Assembly: GCA_963695095.1 (NCBI GenBank)
Contig: CAVOFT010000001.1
Location: 3,051,849 to 3,115,848, forward strand
Source of the DNA: an uncultured bacterium
Lineage (GTDB): Bacteria; Krumholzibacteriota; Krumholzibacteriia; JACNKJ01
Direction of reading: 5' to 3'
Length of the DNA stretch: 64,000 bases
In this document: piece by piece, positions 30,584 to 39,162 of the stretch
Numbering within the stretch: the first letter of the stretch is position 1
Layout of the letters: every line of letters starts with the position of its first letter
Program-made: the position numbers and the translations under genes
The notes under the pieces: model-generated
The model's input: only the letters and a program-made list of their open reading frames with translations
Databases searched by the model: none
What the model was told of the DNA's origin: nothing

Positions 30584-30697
30584 CCTTGGTCCGTCAAACG
30601 GATCAAGGAGGGGGGACGGGACGCTTGCCGCAACTGAGCCCGTGCCGGTGCCCGTGAGCACGCCGGCCTGCGGCGATGGTATTTATTGGCGATGCAC

Positions 30698-30726
30698 TTG
30701 CCCGTCGCGATCTCTCATAGTATATT
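30698..30726 (+). promoter_or_regulatory. Near-consensus sigma70 promoter upstream of the HNH gene
   Basis: TTGCCC, a 17-nt spacer, then TATATT. It sits in a local AT-rich island ~45 nt upstream of the ATG at 30773, in an otherwise 70% GC context. Confidence 0.45.
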
Positions 30727-30772
30727 GTGAGCCTCCCCGCCTCCTGCGTCCTCGATCTCGCGAGGGCTCTCC

Positions 30773-31804
30773 ATGTCCGAGTTCGTGCCGAATCTCCCCG
30801 CCGCCGCGGTGGATGCCCACCTGCGCGCGGCCGTCGCTAAGTTGCGCCGCGCCGAGCAGAATGCCGTTCTCTGGTTCGCCGAGCTGATACGCAGGCGCCT
30901 CTACCGCGACTGCGGCTACTCCAGCATTCATGCCTACGCCGAGGCCGTGCTGGGCTTCGGGCAGGCGAAGACCTATCAGTTCATCCGGCTGGCGGAGTCG
31001 CTCGATGGCCTGCCCCGGCTGCGAGCCTCGGTCGAGGCCGGCGAGATGCCCTGGACCAAGGCCCGCAGCGTGGCAGCGGTCGCCACGCCGCGCTCCGAGG
31101 TCCAGTGGATCGCGCTCGCGAAGGCGAGCAGCGCGCGCCAGCTCGAGTCGAAGATTCGCGAGAGCCGCCGCGAGGCGCAACGCCTGCCCGGCCAGGGCGA
31201 CCTGCTGGCGCCAGCCGCCGAGCTGCCGACCGCGCCCGCGCCGATCCCCGTACCGGCGCCGAAGGTGCAGGTTAGCTTCACGCTCGAGCCGGAGCAGTAC
31301 GCCCGCTGGCTGGCCATCGTCGAGCGGCTGCGCAAGCAAGGGCACGCCGAGGAGAAGGCCGAGCTGCTGCTGGCTGCCTTCGCCGCGCTGGCCGAGTCCG
31401 AGTGTACACGTGTACAAAACGAGCCGCCCTACCAGGTCGTGATCTACCGCTGCAAGGACTGCGGCGCGACGCGCCTGCCCGACGGGCGCCCCCTGGCGCC
31501 GGCAGTGGCCGCGCAGGCAACCTGCGACTGCCGAACGCAGCGAGAAGGCCAGCCTAATCGCGCATCGATCCCGCCCGCTCTGCGCCGGCAGGTACTCGCG
31601 CGCGACGGCCACCGCTGCCAGGCCCCGGGCTGCCGCTCCACGCGTTTCCTCGAGGTGCATCACCGCGAGCCGCGCCGGCGGGGCGGCCGCAACAGCACGG
31701 CGAACCTGATCACCCTCTGCGCGGCCTGCCACCGACTTCTGCACGAGAGCGGCGCGGGGCTTGCCGCCGCACTGCCGGTAGCGAACTTGCCGAACACCGG
31801 CTGA
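30773..31804 (+). CDS. DUF222 (13E12-repeat-like) N-terminal domain plus C-terminal HNH endonuclease
   Basis: The HNH motif is CQAPGCRSTRFLEVHHREPRRRGGRNSTANLITLCAACHRLLH. The N-terminus resembles DUF222 (LWFAELIRRRLYRDCGYSSIHAYA). Intact. Confidence 0.8.
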   Translation: MSEFVPNLPAAAVDAHLRAAVAKLRRAEQNAVLWFAELIRRRLYRDCGYSSIHAYAEAVLGFGQAKTYQFIRLAESLDGLPRLRASVEAGEMPWTKARSVAAVATPRSEVQWIALAKASSARQLESKIRESRREAQRLPGQGDLLAPAAELPTAPAPIPVPAPKVQVSFTLEPEQYARWLAIVERLRKQGHAEEKAELLLAAFAALAESECTRVQNEPPYQVVIYRCKDCGATRLPDGRPLAPAVAAQATCDCRTQREGQPNRASIPPALRRQVLARDGHRCQAPGCRSTRFLEVHHREPRRRGGRNSTANLITLCAACHRLLHESGAGLAAALPVANLPNTG

Positions 31805-32034
31805 TTGACGCCAACCTGGATCCGTCGATCTCCCGCCCCGGCGAACGCCGCCCCCGGCAATGGACCTGGGTCGAGCCTCCGTCTGGCTGCCTTCGTCGTG
31901 CCGCCCCCGGGAGCCGCCGGGGCTGGCCCCACAGCGGCCCCTAGCCTCGCCAGGGCCGCGCTCCCAGCCCATCCCAAAGCCGCGCAAGCACTTGCCCACC
32001 CGCCCCCGGGGGCGAGTTTACGGCTAATCATGTC

Positions 32035-32062
32035 TTGAAAGCCTGATAACCTTGGCTATATT
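32035..32062 (+). promoter_or_regulatory. Putative sigma70 promoter of the MFS gene
   Basis: TTGAAA, a 16-nt spacer, then TATATT, in an AT-rich patch upstream of 32112. Confidence 0.4.
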
Positions 32063-32111
32063 GAGCGTGAAAATTTTCCCAAAGCACGGCCGGCCGGGCC
32101 GGGAGGACAGC

Positions 32112-33425
32112 ATGGAGAAGGAAGCCAAGGTCATGAACCGCTGGCTGGTGGCGCTGGGTGCGCTGATCATTCAGCTCTGCCTGGGCGCCATCTACGCCTG
32201 GAGCGTCTTCACGCCCCACCTGAAGAAGGCCCCCTTCAACTTCAGCGCCACGCAGACCCAGGTGGTCTTCTCCGTCGGCCTGGCCACCTTCGCCATCGTG
32301 ATGGTGCTCGCCGGCCGCTGGCAGGCGAAGATCGGCCCCCGCCGCGTGGCCCTGTCCGGCGGCCTGCTGCTCGGCCTCGGCTACATCCTGGCCAAGTTCA
32401 TCGGCGGCAGCTTCTTCGGCCAGGTCGTCTCGATCGGCCTCATCGGCGGCGCCGGCATCGGCCTCGCCTACGTCTGCCCCATCGCCGTCGGCATGAAGTG
32501 GTTCCCCGACAAGAAGGGCCTCATCACGGGCCTCGCCGTGGCCGGCTTCGGCTTCGGCGCCCTCATCTGGATCAAGCTGGCCGGCGCCTGGGGCCACCTG
32601 ATCGAGAAGATCGGCGTGCAGGACGTGTTCGGTCTCTACGGGATCATCTTCCTCGCCGCCGTCAGCCTCGGCAGCATCGTGATGATCAACCCGCCCGCCG
32701 GCTGGAAGCCCAAGGGCTGGTCGCCGCCCGAGCCCCAGACGGTCGGCAACAAGATCACCGGCCAGCTCAACATGCTGCCCGACCAGATGCTCAAGACGCG
32801 CCAGTTCTACATGCTCTGGTCCATCTTCATCTTCAGCGGCATGGCCGGCTTGATGACCATCGGCATCATCCAGCTCTTCGGCATCGACGCCCTCAAGGGC
32901 AGCGGCCACAGCGAGGTCGAGGCCGCCGCCATCGCCGGCACGGCGATGGCCGTCTTCTACTCCCTGGCCAACGGCATCGGCCGCATCGTCTGGGGCGCGC
33001 TCAGCGACCGCCTCGGCCGCAAGCGCTCGATCACGATCATGACCGCGAGCCAGGGCGTCATGATGCTGCTCTTCTTCTGGATGGGCGGCACGCCGGCCCT
33101 GCTCTTCCTGGGCGCCACGATCATCGGCTTCAACTTCGGCGGCAACTTCGCCCTCTTCCCCACCGCCACCGCCGACTTCTTCGGCACCGCGCACGTGGGC
33201 CAGAACTACGGCTGGATGTTCACCGCCTACGGCGTCGGCGGCATCGTCGGGCCGATCATGGCCGGAGCCTTCCGCGACAGCGGCAGCTGGCTGCCGGCCT
33301 TCTTGATCAGCGGCGTGCTCTGCCTGGTCGCGGCCGGCATCGCGCTCAGCCTGAAGCCGCCCAAGCCCGCCTCCGTGACGATGCCGGTGCTTGAGCCCGA
33401 GCACGAACCCGCCGGCAGTCGCTAG
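32112..33425 (+). CDS. MFS transporter, oxalate/formate antiporter (OFA) family
   Basis: An intact 12-TM protein with OFA-like motifs: LCLGAIYAWSVF and GLAYVCPIAVGMKWFPDKKGLITGLAVAGFGFGA. Confidence 0.85.
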   Translation: MEKEAKVMNRWLVALGALIIQLCLGAIYAWSVFTPHLKKAPFNFSATQTQVVFSVGLATFAIVMVLAGRWQAKIGPRRVALSGGLLLGLGYILAKFIGGSFFGQVVSIGLIGGAGIGLAYVCPIAVGMKWFPDKKGLITGLAVAGFGFGALIWIKLAGAWGHLIEKIGVQDVFGLYGIIFLAAVSLGSIVMINPPAGWKPKGWSPPEPQTVGNKITGQLNMLPDQMLKTRQFYMLWSIFIFSGMAGLMTIGIIQLFGIDALKGSGHSEVEAAAIAGTAMAVFYSLANGIGRIVWGALSDRLGRKRSITIMTASQGVMMLLFFWMGGTPALLFLGATIIGFNFGGNFALFPTATADFFGTAHVGQNYGWMFTAYGVGGIVGPIMAGAFRDSGSWLPAFLISGVLCLVAAGIALSLKPPKPASVTMPVLEPEHEPAGSR

Positions 33426-33446
33426 GATTCCTTCCCCGAATGGACG

Positions 33447-33468
33447 AATCCGTGGGGGGAGCCGAGAG
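33447..33468. terminator. Convergent intrinsic-terminator-like hairpin
   Basis: GGGGGAGCC-gaga-GGCTCCCCC is a perfect 9-bp stem with a 4-nt loop, immediately after the MFS stop and before the converging minus-strand gene. Confidence 0.5.
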
Positions 33469-33489
33469 GCTCCCCCTTCGCATTGCGGG

Positions 33490-34240
33490 CTAAGGGGCCG
33501 GCGTGAACTGCGAGAACTCCGTCCGCGTGCGGATGTGCTTGTGCACGATGATGGGGATCTTCACCTCGAGGTCCATGGCGATCCAGCGCGGCAGGTCGCG
33601 GCCCGCCGACGCTCCGCCAGCTCGGCCGCTGAGGTCCAGGCGCTTGACGCCGAAGCTGCCCTTGGCCGGCTTCAGCTCCGCGCGCGACCAGCGCCCCGGT
33701 GCCGGATCGCCAGCCAGAGCTGCCCGTCCACAGCCCCTTGCGCTTCTTCTGCGCGGCCTCAGGCTCACGCGGCGCCAGCTCGCCGGTCGCCGCGCGCGCC
33801 TCGAGACTCGCCGGGCTCGAAGCGGTACTCGCCGCGGCGCGCCGCCGTGAAGAAGTCGAAGCTGAGGTCGAGCTTGCGCTCGTCCCCGTCGTCCTCGTCG
33901 CCGTCCTTTGCCTTTGCTTCCGGCTCCTCGCCGGGCTTGGCCTTGCGGTCGTAGACCAGCTCGCCGCCCTCGGCCAGCACCTCGGTGGAATCCGGCCCCC
34001 ACTGGATGCCGTCCAGCCAGGCGCGCTCCTCGTGCTCCAGCACATCGTCGCCGTTGCTGACTCGCGTGCGCGTCTCCTCGTGGAAGCGGAAGGGCGCGAA
34101 GCGGGCGGCCGCCGAGTCGGCGCGGGCGAAGGCCAGCTCGAGGAGGGCCTCGCCGGTGGCCGCCCCGGCGGGCAGCGCTCCCAGGAGCGTGCAGAGGGCA
34201 AGCAGGGCGAGGCCGAGCGGGCGCAGGCGAAGGGGCACGG
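33490..34240 (-). CDS. Hypothetical secreted protein (GTG start, one frame switch)
   Basis: GGAGG precedes the GTG. The signal peptide is LGLALLALCTLLGALPAGAA. The C-terminal part is in ORF 33490..34326. No family was recognised. Confidence 0.4.
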
Positions 34241-34355
34241 GAAACCTCCGGGCTGAGGACCGGCCAGTATAGGCCCGGCGATGGCCGGCTTGGCAAGACG
34301 CGGGATGCGCCATGCGCTATACTCAAGGCCGTTCCGCCAACCGGGGAGGTCGCAG

Positions 34356-35945
34356 ATGAAGTGTCGCCTGATCCTTGCCGTCGCCTTGCTCACCCTCGTC
34401 GCCAGCGGCGCCGCCGCCGATGCCGGCCGCCGCTTCGTCGTCCACAGCGAGGACGGCGCTTTCTTCCAAGAAGAGCGCGGCGCCGACGCCGGCCTGCCCG
34501 CGCCGCCGCTCACGCCGCGCGACGCGCTGCTCTGGCAGCGCAGCATCCCCGGCAACATCTACACGAGCTGCGCGATGCTGAATGCCGCCGTCTTCGCGGG
34601 CACGAACAACGGCGCCTCCTGCGTGGCCGAGTTCTTCGCGGACGATCTCAACGGCACCCCCGACTGGACCTTCGCGGGCGGCGAGAACTACGTCACCGCG
34701 GGCGCTGGCTACCTCGCCCTCGTCGAGGCCGTGCCGGCCATCGCGGGGGTGAGGCTGCACATGTGGACGGTGGGCGTCCCGCCCACCCCGCTCTGGGAGA
34801 AGGAGATCCCCAACTGCAGCGCGCCACTGGGCTGCCTGCGCATCGCCTCCGTCGGCAACCTGCTGGCCCTGGCCGTGAATACGGCCGCCAGCAGCACCAC
34901 CTATGCCCTCGATCCCCTCACGGGCGCGTTGCTCTCCAGCTTCGTCGCCCCCGCCGGCGAATTCGCCCGCGCCCTGCGCGTCAGCGAGGACGGCACGCGC
35001 ATCGCCCTGCGCAACGGCGCCACCCTGCACGTGCTCGATCCCAGCACCGGCCTGCCACTCTTCACGGGCAACGTGAACGCCAGCTCGGACGCCCTCGCCT
35101 TCTCGCCGGACGGCCACTGGCTCGCGGCAGGCTGGACGCTCCTCTATGTCTGGGAGTGGAACGGCAGCGCCTATCAGTACCGCTGGTCGAACAACGGCGG
35201 CGGGGCCAACTGGTACCTCGGCACCTGCGCCCTGGACAACAACGGCCAGCTCATCGCCGGCTGGTATACCACCAGCTACAACCGGAACAAGGTGATGTGG
35301 TTCGACGCCGCCATCAGCACGCCGGCCTGGACCTATCTCTTCCCCCCCTCCAGCGGCACCTACCAGGATCTGCCCGTGGCCAGCGCGATGACGGAGGGCG
35401 CCGGCATCATCGGCAGCTGGGGCGATGCCGAAGGGCTCAACCCCGAGCTCAGCGCCTTCCTGCCCACGCAGGCCGAGCCCTTCTTCACGGTCAACACCAC
35501 GGGCTCGATCTACGATGTCGACGCCGAGGCCTACGACATCGTCGGCGGCCGCTATCCGGCCTACTTCGCGGGCTGCGGCAAGCACGTCCATGCGAATCAG
35601 TTCGGCAGTGGCGGCGATCTCTACCTCGCGGATGTGAGCCCGCCCACGGCGGCGCCGGCGCTGCCGGCGTCCGGTCTCGACCTGGTCGCCTATCCCAACC
35701 CCTGCCGAGCGACGAGCACCCTGCGCCTGAGCCTGCCCCGCGCGGAGGGCCTGCGGGTGGACATCCATGGCGTCGATGGCCGGCACCTGCGCCGGCTCTG
35801 GGCTGGGCCCAGCAGCGCCGGCGAGCTGAGCCTCGTCTGGGACGGCCGCGACGAGGCCGGCCGGGACCTGGCCAGCGGCGTCTATCTGGCGCGGGCCGAA
35901 GCCGCCGAGCTCGCGACGACGCTGCGCCTGGTCCTCCTCCGGTAG
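34356..35945 (+). CDS. Secreted protein with a T9SS-type C-terminal sorting domain
   Basis: Signal peptide MKCRLILAVALLTLVASGAAA. The C-terminus reads LVAYPNPCRATSTLRLSLP...GVYLARAEAAELATTLRLVLLR. Confidence 0.65.
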   Translation: MKCRLILAVALLTLVASGAAADAGRRFVVHSEDGAFFQEERGADAGLPAPPLTPRDALLWQRSIPGNIYTSCAMLNAAVFAGTNNGASCVAEFFADDLNGTPDWTFAGGENYVTAGAGYLALVEAVPAIAGVRLHMWTVGVPPTPLWEKEIPNCSAPLGCLRIASVGNLLALAVNTAASSTTYALDPLTGALLSSFVAPAGEFARALRVSEDGTRIALRNGATLHVLDPSTGLPLFTGNVNASSDALAFSPDGHWLAAGWTLLYVWEWNGSAYQYRWSNNGGGANWYLGTCALDNNGQLIAGWYTTSYNRNKVMWFDAAISTPAWTYLFPPSSGTYQDLPVASAMTEGAGIIGSWGDAEGLNPELSAFLPTQAEPFFTVNTTGSIYDVDAEAYDIVGGRYPAYFAGCGKHVHANQFGSGGDLYLADVSPPTAAPALPASGLDLVAYPNPCRATSTLRLSLPRAEGLRVDIHGVDGRHLRRLWAGPSSAGELSLVWDGRDEAGRDLASGVYLARAEAAELATTLRLVLLR

Positions 35946-36003
35946 GCGGCTTGCCGCCGCCGGCGCCGCGCCCTAGACTTCAGGCAGCCCAATCGGGAGG
36001 ACC

Positions 36004-36967
36004 CGTGCGCCACGCCCTGGCTCGCCTGCTTGCCCACGCAGCGCTCGCGGCGCTCTGCCTGAGCGCTGCGCCCGCCGGGGCCACGCTCTTCCGGCAGGTG
36101 GCGGCCAGCCCCGAGCCCGACGGCGCTCCCAGCTTCTCCCCCGACGGCCAGCTGGTGGCCTTCTCCTCACCCTTCAGCGGTGACTGGGAGATCTACACGG
36201 TGAATGCCTGGGGAGGCCGGCTGGCCAACTTCACCGAGAGCCCCGGCGTGGACATCTACGCGAACTGGAGTCCGGCCGGCCCCTGGATCGTCTTCACCTC
36301 CCGCCGCGACAACGGCCACGGCAGCGACGACATGGACCTCTGGCTCAAGAGCAGCGCAGACGGCAGCGAGATCAATCTCACCACCTGGGCCGGCTACGAC
36401 AACTTCGGCGCGCTGGACCCGACCGGTGAGCGCGTGGCCTTCTCCAGCGATCGCGGCAACCAGGGCCTCACCGAGATCTGGGTGCTCGAGCTCGCCGACC
36501 CCGGTCAGGCCCAGCGGCTCTGCACGGGTCCGGTGGAGTGCTTCCATCCCTGCTGGAGCCCCGATGGCCAGTGGGTGGCCTTCGATGGCCGCGAGCCGGG
36601 CGACTTCCTCAACACGCGGCTCTACCGGGTGCCGGCGACAGGCGGCAGCGCCGAGGAGCTCCCCATCGGCATGCTGGTAGGCAGCGACCCGAGCTGGTCG
36701 CCCGATGGCCGCTATCTGGCCTTCGCCGGCGGCGATGACCCGGTGGACTGGGATCTCTGGGTCTGGGACTTCACGGCCGGCGCCCTGATCCAGCTCACGG
36801 ACACGCGCTACATCGAGCAATCGCCGGCCTGGAACGCCGCCGGCAGCGAGATCGTCTACGCCGGCTTCCCGATGGGCAACAAGGACATCTGGGTGGCCTA
36901 CGCGCTGCCCTTCCCGACCGGCGTCGCCCGCCAGTCCGTGAGCGGACTCAAGGCCCTCTTCCGCTGA
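36004..36967 (+). CDS. TolB-like PD40 beta-propeller repeat protein
   Basis: GTG start with a GGGAGGA RBS. Signal peptide ALAALCLSAAPAGA. PD40 repeats include SFSPDGQLVAFSS, WSPDGQWVAF and SWSPDGRYLAFAG. Confidence 0.7.
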
Positions 36968-36984
36968 AATCCCCGGCTTCTCCC

Positions 36985-37040
36985 TTGACAGCTTCCTCGT
37001 TCGCAAGTATTGTCCATCCGGTTAATTAAAACGTTTGGAC
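36985..37040 (+). promoter_or_regulatory. sigma70 promoter with an overlapping TetR-type operator
   Basis: TTGACA (36985), a 17-nt spacer, then TATTGT. An inverted repeat GTCCA...TTAATTAA...TGGAC spans the -10 region. It lies upstream of the TetR gene. Confidence 0.45.
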
Positions 37041-37056
37041 AAAGCCGAATCAGGGC

Positions 37057-37638
37057 ATGACCGAAGCGACGCGCCGCCGACTCCTGGACGCCGGCCGCCG
37101 GGCCTTTGCCCGGCAGGGCCTGGACGGCGCGCGGGTGGAGGCCATCGCCCGGGAGGCCGGCGTCAACAAGGCCCTGATCAACTACCACTTCCGGGGCAAG
37201 CTGGGGCTCTACCGCGAGGTCCTGGCCGAGGAGCTGGCAGCGGCCTCCCGGGACCTGGCCGCAGCCCTGAGCAGCGAGCGGGATCCGGTCCGGCGACTCG
37301 GTGCCTGGCCACAGGCCCTGTCCGCGCTGCTCGCCGCGCGCCCCGAGCTGGCGCCGCTGCTGCTCGGTGAACGGCTGCGCGGGGGTGAAGCGCTGTCCGG
37401 AGGCGAGCGGGGACCGGGCGCCGATCTGCTCGCGGCGACGATCACCGCCGGCGCCGAAGCGGGCCGCCTGCGCGCGGTCGACGCCGCCGCCTTGCAGGAA
37501 CTGCTGCTGGGGGCCCTGCTGCTCGCCGGCCTGGGAGAGGAGCGCGAGCGGACGGCCGCCCTGCTCACGGCCCTCATCCAGGGCGGACTGACGGCGCCGG
37601 GGCCGCAGAATTCGGGGATCGCTGACGCAGGAGGGTGA
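37057..37638 (+). CDS. TetR/AcrR family transcriptional regulator
   Basis: The N-terminal HTH is GLDGARVEAIAREAGVNKALINYHFRGK. Intact, 193 aa. Confidence 0.85.
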   Translation: MTEATRRRLLDAGRRAFARQGLDGARVEAIAREAGVNKALINYHFRGKLGLYREVLAEELAAASRDLAAALSSERDPVRRLGAWPQALSALLAARPELAPLLLGERLRGGEALSGGERGPGADLLAATITAGAEAGRLRAVDAAALQELLLGALLLAGLGEERERTAALLTALIQGGLTAPGPQNSGIADAGG

Positions 37639-37813
37639 GAGCGAATCGCGGCGATCCCACACTGCGGGGCCGGCGTCTCGGGACGCCGGCCCCGCGGCCG
37701 ACACGGCTTGACCTGCGCCAGACCCGATGTATCATACACTTCGGCCTGCCTGCTCCCGCCCCGTGCGGGGCCCTCCAGCCGCCGGCAATCTCCTCTCGCT
37801 TCCGGAGCTTCAC

Positions 37814-39124
37814 ATGAGCCAGGTCATCGGGATCCGCCGGGAGGACAAGAACCGCTGGGAGCGGCGTGCGCCCCTCGTGCCCGCCGATCTCGGCCGGCTC
37901 ATCCGCGAGCAGGGGCTCAGCTTCATCGTTCAGCCTTCGCCCATCCGCACCTACAAGGACGAGCAGTACGCGGAGGCCGGCTGCGAACTGGACCAGGATC
38001 TCAGCCGGGCCGGGGTCATCTTCGCCATCAAGGAGATCCCCCTGGACTTGCTCGAAGCGGAGAAGGCCTACGTCTTCTTCGCCCATGTCATCAAGGGCCA
38101 GGAGCACAACATGCCGCTGCTGCAGCGGATCCTGGACCTGGATTGCACGCTGATCGACTACGAGCGCATCGTGGATGCGAAGAACCGGCGGCTCGTCTTC
38201 TTCGGTCGTCAGGCCGGGCAGGCCGGCATGATCGAGACGCTCTACGCTCTCGATCGGCGCCTGCGCTGGGAGGGCTTCGACTCGCCCTTCCAGGGCGTCA
38301 AGCCGGCCTACGCCTACCCCGATCTCGCCCACGCCAAGGAAGTCCTGCTCGAGATGGGGCTCTCCGTGCGCGCCGGCCTGGATCCGGACCTCTGCCCCTT
38401 CGTGATCGGCTTCGCCGGCTACGGCAACGTCAGCCAGGGGGCGCAGGAGGTCTTCGATCTCTTCCCCCACGAGGAGATCGCGCCCGCGGATCTCGGCCAG
38501 CTCAGCACCCGCAAGCCGGTGCGGGATCGGCTCTTCAAGGTGGTGTTCAAGGAGGAGGACCTGGTCTTGCCCGCCGCGGCCGGCGAGGACTTCGTGCTCG
38601 CCGACTACTACGAGAACCCGGAGCGCTATCGCAGCCGCTTCGCGGATTACCTGCCCCGGCTCACGGCCCTCGTGAACTGCATCTACTGGACGCCGCGCTA
38701 CCCGCGCCTGGTCACGCGCGCCGCCGCTCGCCGACTCTGGAGCGCCGGCGAGCGCAGCCTGCGCGTCATCGGGGATATCAGCTGCGACATCGGCGGCAGC
38801 ATCGAGTTCACCTACAAGGCCACGGAGCCGGACCAGGCCAGCTTCGTCTACGACCCCATCGCCGATACCTACAAGGACGGCGTCGAGGGGCGCGGCATCG
38901 CCGTGATGGCCGTCGACAATCTGCCCTGCGAGCTGCCGCGGGACGCCTCGGATGCCTTCAGCGCCACGCTCGCGCGGCTCGCACCGAGCCTGGCCGCGGC
39001 CGACTTCAGCCGGCCCTTCGCCGAGCTGGGGCTGCCGCCCGAACTCACGCGCGCGGTGATCGCCCACCGCGGCGCGCTCACTCCGGAGTACCGCTACCTG
39101 GAGGAATTTCTCCTGGACGCCTAG
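37814..39124 (+). CDS. Alanine dehydrogenase/PNT-fold enzyme: lysine-ketoglutarate reductase-like (saccharopine dehydrogenase, L-lysine-forming)
   Basis: MSQVIGIRREDKNRWERRAPLVP... (AlaDH/PNT N-domain) and a Rossmann motif IGFAGYGNVSQGA. Its size and order match LKR domains. Confidence 0.7.
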   Translation: MSQVIGIRREDKNRWERRAPLVPADLGRLIREQGLSFIVQPSPIRTYKDEQYAEAGCELDQDLSRAGVIFAIKEIPLDLLEAEKAYVFFAHVIKGQEHNMPLLQRILDLDCTLIDYERIVDAKNRRLVFFGRQAGQAGMIETLYALDRRLRWEGFDSPFQGVKPAYAYPDLAHAKEVLLEMGLSVRAGLDPDLCPFVIGFAGYGNVSQGAQEVFDLFPHEEIAPADLGQLSTRKPVRDRLFKVVFKEEDLVLPAAAGEDFVLADYYENPERYRSRFADYLPRLTALVNCIYWTPRYPRLVTRAAARRLWSAGERSLRVIGDISCDIGGSIEFTYKATEPDQASFVYDPIADTYKDGVEGRGIAVMAVDNLPCELPRDASDAFSATLARLAPSLAAADFSRPFAELGLPPELTRAVIAHRGALTPEYRYLEEFLLDA

Positions 39125-39162
39125 CGCACTCCAATCCGACACCGTGATGTGGGGAGGACACG

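Noticed and set aside
34361-36967. An 868-aa plus-strand ORF spanning two genes
   Set aside because: It is an alternate-frame run-through over the 34356..35945 gene, joined to the real TolB-like frame. Only the last ~320 aa, from the GTG near 36004, look like a genuine protein.
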